32,000 bases of DNA from Candidatus Nanosynbacter sp. BB002 (lineage in GTDB: Bacteria; Patescibacteriota; Saccharimonadia; Saccharimonadales; Saccharimonadaceae). Each line of letters starts with the position of its first letter. Positions within the stretch are counted from its first letter, which is position 1. Of the stretch, positions 9,539 to 17,314 are shown in pieces. The DNA lies in NCBI RefSeq assembly GCF_037013405.1, contig NZ_CP146064.1:1-32000 (forward strand). Direction: 5' to 3'. The notes beneath the pieces were generated by a model. The model was not told the origin of the DNA and made no database searches. It was given only the letters and a program-made list of their open reading frames with translations. Made by a program: the position numbers and the translations under genes.

Positions 9539-10452
9539 TAAAAATCTCCTCCATATGGCGATTCACCATTTCCCTTACGGATGTAAGTCGTCGTCAGATC
9601 ATTTGGGTTGCGGACTAATGGCTGACGTGCTGCAGTGTCAGGATTGTAGGAAATATAGAACAATTCTCCAAGCTGCCTGGTGTTGAGTTGCAAACTCTTC
9701 ACGCCCATGGCAAACAAACCATTCATCACCGTATCGATGCGGTTTTTGATCTCATCTTTTGCTTTTTCGTACATCGGCTGATCAATCCTGGTAATCAACG
9801 TTTCCTTCTTACCACTAAAGAAACTGTCAAACAGACCCTTTGCCTGCTGTTTCATGGCATTAACATCGCCGCCGGGGAAATATGGCACCACGATGAAAAA
9901 TCGCTTATCCATAATGTTTGCCTCTTGCGACAGCACTTCTATGAAGTTCATATAGTCATCCATCAACACATTAAGTAACATATTGTCTTGAGAGCGTCGA
10001 ATACGTGACAATCGATCAAGGTATGGACCGATATCAACACGCTGTGATCGTACTAGGATTTGAACTGGAAAATAGAGCGAGTTGAGTAGGTTTTGATAGC
10101 TAAATTCGATAGCCTCTCGCTCACGAGTACTCATCAAATCAAAGTTGATGGATTGACATTCTATCACTGCTCGAAAACTGCCGTCACTCATGATGATCAT
10201 GTTTTCACGCATTTCTGAAAATAATAACGTATTTTGTGTACTGATGGCGCTCTTTTTGTCTTTAGGAGCTGGTGGATTCTGTGGATTTGGAGCTGGCTGA
10301 CCTGGCTGAGTTATACCAGGCTGCATTGGCAACGCTGGCTGACCAGGTTGTGGCTGTTGTGGCGGTAATGGCTGACTAGGCTGTCCAGAAACGACCGGCG
10401 GTGTCGTCGGGTTGGGTGGTAACTGATATGGTTGTTGATTATCTGGTTGCAT
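9538..10452 (-). CDS. T4SS-associated protein: P/Q-rich N-terminus plus a domain resembling the extreme N-terminal domain of full-length Gram-positive VirB4 ATPases
   Basis: 304-aa ORF. The first ~65 aa are almost only P/Q/G/N. The segment MIIMSDGSFRAVIECQSINFDLMSTREREAIEFSYQNLLNSLYFPVQILVRSQRVD resembles my recollection of VirB4 N-termini. No TM and no NTPase motifs. Translationally coupled to virB4. Confidence 0.5.
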   Translation of the reverse strand: MQPDNQQPYQLPPNPTTPPVVSGQPSQPLPPQQPQPGQPALPMQPGITQPGQPAPNPQNPPAPKDKKSAISTQNTLLFSEMRENMIIMSDGSFRAVIECQSINFDLMSTREREAIEFSYQNLLNSLYFPVQILVRSQRVDIGPYLDRLSRIRRSQDNMLLNVLMDDYMNFIEVLSQEANIMDKRFFIVVPYFPGGDVNAMKQQAKGLFDSFFSGKKETLITRIDQPMYEKAKDEIKNRIDTVMNGLFAMGVKSLQLNTRQLGELFYISYNPDTAARQPLVRNPNDLTTTYIRKGNGESPYGGDF

Positions 10453-10459
10453 TTCCCAC

Positions 10460-11389
10460 CTAGCGTAGTGAAATCACCACTTCCTCCTCAGCTGTTTCCT
10501 CTGAGCGTTTATGTATCCGATCTGCTTCTTTTTGTAGGGTCGCTATGGAAAGATCGGAATGATTATTTGCCAAATCTATTATACCAGGGTCAACAGGTTG
10601 TTGTATAGGTTGATTTTGGTCGGTTGGTGGCGTGACGGTAGGTCGTTCCCCTGCCGGAGACAGGACACCTTGACGCATGTGAGGGTACGGGTTGACGGTT
10701 AGTTTTGGTATATCTTCCTCTTGAGCTGCCATGAAAACTGCTGACTGAGTCGGCTGTTGTGTTGTTGGTGTTTGAGGTTTTTGCATGCGCTGTATCAACT
10801 GTTCTCGCCGCTGTTGGTCTGTCTCGGCGATCATATCAGCAATTTGTCGTGAAGTAGTGTTACCCCGATCTAAAATGTCTTCCTCTGCCTGAACGGCGGT
10901 ATTATAGAAATCAGCCTGTAGTGAACTGGCGGTATCTAAATTACCCGTTGCTTCCGGGTTGCCGACGCCGCGGACTGACCAGCCATGCGTGTCAACGATG
11001 TTTGCCAGATATGATAATCGTCGCTGGATCTCTCGTTGATCATAGTTCTTACTCAGGTTCTCTTCCTTAGTTTTTGGTGCTACCACTTCTATCAGCGTCT
11101 CTACTCCGTCTGGCTCCCAGAGCCGCACGCGCGGTTTTAAGAAAAATGATATCACTGCCGCAATATATATTTCCATCGGCTGTTCCTTACGTAGTGGCAA
11201 CGCTAATACGGTGAAAAACACCCCAAATGGCAAAGGAATGATTGCTAATGGTAACAAGGCGACTCCTAGCGCCCACGCTATACCAAAAAAGCCCACCGCG
11301 ATGATGAGAAACACAAATTGCTTAAAACTGAATGGCCCAAGCAGCTTGTCTTCTGCTTCCACATCCTGGGGCACTCTATACACAGCCAT
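10460..11389 (-). CDS. PrgI-family (VirB3-like) membrane protein with a long P/Q/T-rich C-terminal extension
   Basis: 309-aa ORF. N-terminus VYRVPQDVEAEDKLLGPFSFKQFVFLIIAVGFFGIAWALG followed by a second TM matches the PrgI-family pattern. The C-terminal half is low-complexity (QKPQTPTTQQPTQS, PTVTPPTDQNQPIQQPVDPG). Confidence 0.65.
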   Translation of the reverse strand: MAVYRVPQDVEAEDKLLGPFSFKQFVFLIIAVGFFGIAWALGVALLPLAIIPLPFGVFFTVLALPLRKEQPMEIYIAAVISFFLKPRVRLWEPDGVETLIEVVAPKTKEENLSKNYDQREIQRRLSYLANIVDTHGWSVRGVGNPEATGNLDTASSLQADFYNTAVQAEEDILDRGNTTSRQIADMIAETDQQRREQLIQRMQKPQTPTTQQPTQSAVFMAAQEEDIPKLTVNPYPHMRQGVLSPAGERPTVTPPTDQNQPIQQPVDPGIIDLANNHSDLSIATLQKEADRIHKRSEETAEEEVVISLR

Positions 11390-11397
11390 ATGCTACT

Positions 11398-11406
11398 AGT
11401 ATAGCA
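11398..11406 (-). promoter_or_regulatory. Extended -10 (TGcTATACT) 8 nt upstream of the PrgI-like ATG; internal, leaderless-type promoter candidate
   Basis: Minus-strand sequence of the 25-nt spacer is TCTTTGCTATACTAGTAGCAT-ATG, with no SD. Confidence 0.45.
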
Positions 11407-11414
11407 AAGATAGC

Positions 11415-13913
11415 TTAACTAGTTAAATCCTCAGGCTTAATCCCTAGAGAAAGAGATATCTCTCGAATTGTATTACCAGTTTTACCAATTCGACTACTAA
11501 ACCGAGGATCGGTTTGTGCCAAAACAAGGTTCTTGCGCAACGTATCCAGACCAGCTTCATTGATTTGCGAGACAAAGCTTTGGTCGCTCAACGCTTCCTT
11601 TAGTGGCTTTAGGTAAGCCAAGTCTGAACCGACAATTGCTTCGGTCGACAAACCACCGATGTTAAGGTTATCGAGCATAAGTTTCCTCATGTAGTCTGGG
11701 CCGTTCATATTAACATTGTTGGCCTTAATAGCCGCTGCAGCTGCACCACCTAACCAAGCTGGTTTAGCAGAGTTGGACAGCAGCGCGTCACCGTATTCTT
11801 GTGCAAAGTCGTCATTAAGCGCACCGAAGTCGGTTTTTTGCAGCAAGCTTTGGATGGCCACGGCATCTTTACCACCTAACACGTGGTGAATCGCTGCATA
11901 GCGGATATCATCAGTAACCGTCAAGCCGCGTCGACTAACACCATTGGCCAATTCCACCATATCATCATTGCTGACGTTCATGGCATTGAGAATAGTCATA
12001 GCGTTCTCAATCGATTCCTTATTAGCCTTAGTGATGGTGCTACGTGCCGTTGACCACACACGCTGTGAACCACGGTCGTTACCAAAGTACATATTTTCCA
12101 CTGAACCTGCTTGGGCTCGCAACTCCTCCTGGTTGGCTAGATCGTTTGCTAAGATGTAGTCATTAACGCGCTGAATACTGTTTTTTCGCAGTCCTTGAAT
12201 CGCAATACTACGCGCTTCTCGTTGAGTTTCTTCCTGTAGTGTTTCATAGCGGCGGGCAGCTCTCTTTTTCAGGTTGGCTGGTGTCGGTGTACCTTCAACT
12301 TTCATCTCCTCATAAGCGTTTGCGGTTGTGACATCAGCTAGTGATAATTGGTCAGCAGCAGCCCGTGACTCAATATCAGCAATTTGGTTGGCGCGGGAAA
12401 GCTTATAGGCTGCGTCAGCCCGTTTTTGGTAGGCTTCTGAACGAGTTTTGAATTTACGCGAGCGGTAATTAGCCCAGCGCCCCATTTTGCGGATGCCGCT
12501 GAATTTACTTAGTTCGTCGTCAGCTCTGCCCAATGAATTTTTATGAGCCGCCAATTGACTGCGGTCACGTGACCAGTTTTTAGTCCGGTCGATAACACCA
12601 CGGTTTTTATTATTAACGATACCAGCTACTCGACCCAGCACACCGCCGCTCAGCTTGAACACCAGTGGTGCGATGGCTAGGGCTGAAACTTGCACTGCCA
12701 GTCCTAAAATCACCATAATCCATGAATTGGCGTTTTGTAGGATGATTAATCCTGCCAGCTGCGCGCCACCAAATACCACTGAAAATGCTGGGAAAAATAT
12801 CACCAGGGTGAACATTAAGTTTCGCCATTTTTCAAAGAATTTCTCGGTGCCTGGTAACAGATAGCACACGAAAGCCAGCGGTGATATGACCGTTAAGATA
12901 ATCAATAATGCTTGTCGTGCCGCCAAGATGATGAATACAACTGTCAGAGTCAATAAGATACTGGCAATGATGGGCAGTAGCCAGTAAGCGGCTGAAGCTA
13001 ACGATCCGCCAGTTGCTGCCAGTGCGCCATATACGCCTGCAGTCGCTGCGCCACCAGACAGGACCATGGCCACCAAGTCGCTCCAAGTTGGTAGTGGAGC
13101 ACCATTAAACGCGCCGTTTGCCGACACTTGAGAACGGATTTCGTTAAACATATCTTGTAGGGCGACACCAAAGATATTTGACAGATCGATCATCGCAGCA
13201 CATATGATGAAAGACAGGTTAACTAAAATTGCGGCGATAACCACTCGTGGAACTAGTTTTTTAATACCATAGTTACTGATGCCAACTGAGGTTAGCTGTG
13301 AATAAATAACGATCAAAAAGGCGACGATGAACGCTGCATTGGCGATGTTTCGCATGATGTCCCAGGCGACCTTTACCCCAGAGCTATTGTTGGAGCTGTC
13401 TATCGCTGGTGTAGTCATCAGGTCGGAAATCCACGTGTACACTTCATCAATTCCTGAGGCGATTCCGTTAGAAATTGGGCAAATAAACCAACCCGTTCCC
13501 CCTCTCACGTCACATTCTGACTCACTAGGGTTACTGTCCTGTTTGACCTCGATATTCTCTGGTTCGCCTGACTGTGTTGGTGTACTGCCGTTTATGGTGT
13601 ATCTAGCGTATTTCGCGGTAGTAGCAGTTCGTGGATTGCTATTTCCAGCGAAAAATACCACTGTTGATTGATTGCCTTCGGTAGCCTCATAGACCCAGTC
13701 TTTACTGTCGCGACCAAGCAGTTTTTTACGAGCTGTGTCGTTAACTGGTTTGAGGGTTTTGCCATCAACGACCAGTGAGTCGCTTTTCCACTGAGCCTCA
13801 GCGGCATAAACTGAGGTAGAGTTGATGAGTATACCACTAAAAAACCCGACAAAAATACTAATAGTCAGTATGGCAAACCACTGCGACCGACGTATTTGCG
13901 GACGCACTCGCAT
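11415..13913 (-). CDS. VirB6/TrbL-like polytopic membrane protein, paralog 2, with a long cytoplasmic C-terminal domain
   Basis: The ORF extends to 13946. The start at 13913 (MRVRPQIRRSQWFAIL) is preferred because GGAG lies 9 nt upstream. It has a periplasmic/external ~150-aa domain, then motif GGTGWFICPI, then 6 or more hydrophobic helices (NIANAAFIVAFLIVIYSQLTSVGISNYGIKKLVPRVVIAAILVNLSF). A ~400-aa soluble tail is paralogous to that of the next gene. Confidence 0.7.
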   Translation of the reverse strand: MRVRPQIRRSQWFAILTISIFVGFFSGILINSTSVYAAEAQWKSDSLVVDGKTLKPVNDTARKKLLGRDSKDWVYEATEGNQSTVVFFAGNSNPRTATTAKYARYTINGSTPTQSGEPENIEVKQDSNPSESECDVRGGTGWFICPISNGIASGIDEVYTWISDLMTTPAIDSSNNSSGVKVAWDIMRNIANAAFIVAFLIVIYSQLTSVGISNYGIKKLVPRVVIAAILVNLSFIICAAMIDLSNIFGVALQDMFNEIRSQVSANGAFNGAPLPTWSDLVAMVLSGGAATAGVYGALAATGGSLASAAYWLLPIIASILLTLTVVFIILAARQALLIILTVISPLAFVCYLLPGTEKFFEKWRNLMFTLVIFFPAFSVVFGGAQLAGLIILQNANSWIMVILGLAVQVSALAIAPLVFKLSGGVLGRVAGIVNNKNRGVIDRTKNWSRDRSQLAAHKNSLGRADDELSKFSGIRKMGRWANYRSRKFKTRSEAYQKRADAAYKLSRANQIADIESRAAADQLSLADVTTANAYEEMKVEGTPTPANLKKRAARRYETLQEETQREARSIAIQGLRKNSIQRVNDYILANDLANQEELRAQAGSVENMYFGNDRGSQRVWSTARSTITKANKESIENAMTILNAMNVSNDDMVELANGVSRRGLTVTDDIRYAAIHHVLGGKDAVAIQSLLQKTDFGALNDDFAQEYGDALLSNSAKPAWLGGAAAAAIKANNVNMNGPDYMRKLMLDNLNIGGLSTEAIVGSDLAYLKPLKEALSDQSFVSQINEAGLDTLRKNLVLAQTDPRFSSRIGKTGNTIREISLSLGIKPEDLTS

Positions 13914-13975
13914 TTTCAACCACTCCATTACTGTAAATGGTAGCATTTTTTAGCGTAAAAGTCAACTATATGAAT

Positions 13976-16900
13976 CTATCGGCCAAACGCAGTAGGCGGT
14001 CGGTTGCGTCGGTGCTGTGACCGTCCAGTGCCACTGGTGCCACCCTGGTCAATATAGCTCGGTGGAATACTGGTAGCACTCGTCGGATCAGAGGATCTGT
14101 CTACCTGCACAGTAACGTTAACCTGTGGAGCTGGAGCTTGTGTTTGACCACCTGAAGACAATGAATCTGGCTTTGGAGCTTCTACTCCTCGTGCCTGCTC
14201 TTTGATGGCGTAGTAGCGATCAGGAGTCATGCTTGGTGCCTGAGAAGGTGTTGGCTGTGCCACGCCCTGTGGAGCTTGATTTTGCTGCAATGGTGGTACG
14301 GATAATGATTCTGCGGGTATTGATGTTGATAACTTTTTCATTTTAGACGTTGACATTTTTAAGGCCATAGATTCAAAGATATCAGCAGATTCGGCACTAG
14401 CTTGACTGAGATTTCGTGAATTATTTGCGACTTTCTTTGCTTTTTCTACTGTTAATCCACCTTCGTTTATGGCATCAGTAAGAGCGCTTGCACTTTGAGT
14501 AGCAAGTGTTTCGGTGGATAAGCCGCCCACAGACTTGCTTGTCATGGCTGCCAACTCATCACTAGTAACACTATAGCTTTTATTCCCTTCACCTATTGCA
14601 TCAAACCCTGCAACACCGGCTGCGGCTACTCCAGCATCGTACTTCTTTACATTGCCGAGGGCCTTCCCCATCTCGATACTGGTAATTGCTCCGCCGCTTT
14701 CTAGATATTTACGTAATTGTCCTGCGCCCCAGGCGCCCGAGTTGGATAATTCTTCTGCTGCTGCTGCTTGAACGTATTTGTCATCTGACCGTAGAGCTTT
14801 AGCTAAATTACCGTTATATTCAAACCGCAATTTTTTGGCTGCAGCTTCTTGAGATAGTTTATGAATATACTCTTGACCACCAGTAGTAGCTGCCGCAAAC
14901 CCAAGCCGCTTATCCAGTTCACTTCCAGAAGCTTCAGCCAGCCCTTCTCGGTAGCGCTGCTGTTCGCTTTGTTCTGCCAGAGCTGCTCGGGTTTCTCGGT
15001 CGAGTGAACGTTGGTTTATCTTTCTAAAGCCCCGTTGCAGACCACCACTCCAGACACGTCTAGGAGCCTTACTCTTGCTAAAATCTTTCGCCATAAATTC
15101 ACGACGTTTCATACCTGCTCGACGTTTAGCAAACTTACTTCCTGCATTAAGCGCTGGTGCTGATGCCTTGTTCAATAGTCCATTTGCCCGCCCCATCAGG
15201 TTGCCGATGATAGCATTGGATTTCAGTGCCATACCAAGGATGACGAAAGTACCAGCAAATAAAAGTGCCAAAGCCATCAGTTGTTGTACCACTCCGCCGG
15301 TTTTGTCAGCAAGGGCAGTAAAGGCTAATAATTTTAATCCGCCGTAGTATATTGCCGCCAAAGGATAGAGGAAGACCATACCGGTGAAGACTTTTTTCCA
15401 CTTGTCAAAGACACTTTGGGTGTTTGGTAAAATCCAAGCTGCAAATGCCAATGGAGCTAAGATTGCCAGCACCGGTATCACTGCTGATCGAAATACCAAT
15501 GCTAACAACCCTGAGACGATGCCGATCACACCTGGAACGATTGCCATAAGCACAAACATAAACAGGGTTCCAATCCCGAAAACTGAGGCAGCAATTGTTC
15601 CACCAATTAGTGTCGCTCCAGCCGCCGTGCCGCCACCTGCTAAAATTGCTGTCAATAAGGCGCCCCAACCAACATCTTTGTAACTCATATTTTGTATCGG
15701 AGCTGTAATGATTCCTAGCAGAGTACTACCAAGGATGTTTGCGGTATCAACGATGACTTGGATGACAAAGTAGGATATATTCACTGCAACCGCAGCGATG
15801 ATGAAACGAGGTAGCATTTTCTTGATGCCGTAGTTAGAGATACCGACATTTGATACTTGTGAGATAATAATCAAGATAAATACCAGTGCTAACAAGACAT
15901 TAGCAAGGTCTCGCATAGTTTTCCAAGCATCATATGTATTTCCTGTTGCCTGCAAGGGACTTGTAACTAAATATTCTTCTAACATCCCCCAGACCGAGTC
16001 GGCAAAGTCAGCCAGTTTGTCAATAACTGGGCAGATAAACCACCCGATACCCGTTAGTTCACTAGTACACGTTTTTTCCTCTTTTTCTTCTCCTGCCCCC
16101 TCGGTCGACTGTGCTGTAGCGTCAGCGCTTTGCTCCGGAGTATCCCCTACGGAAAGTTCCTTCTGTTCATCTTTATGTTCAGACGCATATTTGGCAAACT
16201 TATCAAAAGCACCCCTGTTGTTTTGGAGCCAAGAACCGATATCGCTACAGCTTACTTCGACTAATCCTCCCTCAGTGTCGTCGGTTGCTGCCAACCAGAC
16301 TTTTTCATTACCCTTGGAAGTCTTATAAATCATGTCGGCGGTTTTGCCACCTGTACTGGTAAATGGAATTTTGTAGTAATAATACCCCGAGCTATCTGGA
16401 TTTTCTTTAGGGATTTCCTTGAGAGATTTATCACCGCTAGCAGAACAACCGCTAGCAGAACTAGTAAATGTTTTTGAATACATATACCATTGTTCGGCGC
16501 TGCCTGAAGCTATAGAAGGTAGGCTGCCGGTGGCATTTTTGATACCGTCTTTGAAACGTTCTTTAATGGCCGCGCCACCCTTTTTTGGTGCACAACCACC
16601 CGGAGGATTTTCGTCAGGAGCTAAATTACTACTAGAATAGTAAACAGTGTATGAAGTAAAATAATTTGGTTTTGATACACTCCGTAAGTCGTTAACATTT
16701 TGTGTAAAACGACCCCAGGAATTCCATTCATACTTTTTACATCTTTCCCAATTTCGAAATACCCAGCCAGCTTTGGTTTGATCAATAAAAAATTTACCAC
16801 CCATATGCCGGTAGAAGTCAGCATATTTAGAAGAGCCCTCCCAAATATCAATCCCCGCTTTTAGGAGGCTAGCACAGCTGAGATCTCCACCGATTTGTTT

Positions 16901-17230
16901 TGTGATGGGGTCGACGCCTGAGTAGGATTTAATACCGCCTTTAGTATTTTTTCCCACAAAGGTATTTGCACGCTCCTCATTATCACCGTTAGATGGCGCC
17001 CAGTTAGAGTCGGTGCTTGTCGTGTTTCTATACCGCATCCCCTCGAAATCGGTCATACATGTCCAATCGTTGGTGCCACGCTTCATTAAATTAGCGTAAA
17101 GTAGTGTTGATTCAACTTTTTGCTTTAACTTCAAACTTTTTGCAGCTTCTGCCTGCGGAGCAAGTAACACCGCTGATATAAGTGCCACTACTAGTGTGGA
17201 GAGTACTATCAACCCTCGCTTTTTACTCAT
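13976..17230 (-). CDS. VirB6/TrbL-like polytopic membrane protein, paralog 1, with a large Cys-containing extracellular N-domain and a P/Q-rich C-terminus
   Basis: The ORF extends to 17263. The start at 17230 (MSKKRGLIVLSTLVVALISAVLLAPQAEA signal peptide) is preferred. After a ~390-aa exported domain come TGIGWFICPV and DLANVLLALVFILIIISQVSNVGISNYGIKKMLPRFIIAAVAVNISYF, which are clearly paralogous to 11415-13913. Long C-terminal tail. Confidence 0.7.
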   Translation of the reverse strand: MSKKRGLIVLSTLVVALISAVLLAPQAEAAKSLKLKQKVESTLLYANLMKRGTNDWTCMTDFEGMRYRNTTSTDSNWAPSNGDNEERANTFVGKNTKGGIKSYSGVDPITKQIGGDLSCASLLKAGIDIWEGSSKYADFYRHMGGKFFIDQTKAGWVFRNWERCKKYEWNSWGRFTQNVNDLRSVSKPNYFTSYTVYYSSSNLAPDENPPGGCAPKKGGAAIKERFKDGIKNATGSLPSIASGSAEQWYMYSKTFTSSASGCSASGDKSLKEIPKENPDSSGYYYYKIPFTSTGGKTADMIYKTSKGNEKVWLAATDDTEGGLVEVSCSDIGSWLQNNRGAFDKFAKYASEHKDEQKELSVGDTPEQSADATAQSTEGAGEEKEEKTCTSELTGIGWFICPVIDKLADFADSVWGMLEEYLVTSPLQATGNTYDAWKTMRDLANVLLALVFILIIISQVSNVGISNYGIKKMLPRFIIAAVAVNISYFVIQVIVDTANILGSTLLGIITAPIQNMSYKDVGWGALLTAILAGGGTAAGATLIGGTIAASVFGIGTLFMFVLMAIVPGVIGIVSGLLALVFRSAVIPVLAILAPLAFAAWILPNTQSVFDKWKKVFTGMVFLYPLAAIYYGGLKLLAFTALADKTGGVVQQLMALALLFAGTFVILGMALKSNAIIGNLMGRANGLLNKASAPALNAGSKFAKRRAGMKRREFMAKDFSKSKAPRRVWSGGLQRGFRKINQRSLDRETRAALAEQSEQQRYREGLAEASGSELDKRLGFAAATTGGQEYIHKLSQEAAAKKLRFEYNGNLAKALRSDDKYVQAAAAEELSNSGAWGAGQLRKYLESGGAITSIEMGKALGNVKKYDAGVAAAGVAGFDAIGEGNKSYSVTSDELAAMTSKSVGGLSTETLATQSASALTDAINEGGLTVEKAKKVANNSRNLSQASAESADIFESMALKMSTSKMKKLSTSIPAESLSVPPLQQNQAPQGVAQPTPSQAPSMTPDRYYAIKEQARGVEAPKPDSLSSGGQTQAPAPQVNVTVQVDRSSDPTSATSIPPSYIDQGGTSGTGRSQHRRNRPPTAFGR

Positions 17231-17254
17231 GTTTTGATGCCCTTTCAGAAAAAA

Positions 17255-17283
17255 CATATACACTACAAATTGTAGTGTATATG
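17255..17283 (-). terminator. Perfect 29-bp palindrome (14-bp arms) followed by T6 on the minus strand: terminator of the lipoprotein gene and/or operator in front of the VirB6-like genes
   Basis: Sequence is CATATACACTACAA-A-TTGTAGTGTATATG. On the minus strand it is followed by TTTTTTCTG. It lies between the stop at 17315 and the start at 17230. Confidence 0.55.
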
Positions 17284-17314
17284 TCTCAAAAGCGCAAATG
17301 CTTAGAAAGTCGGC

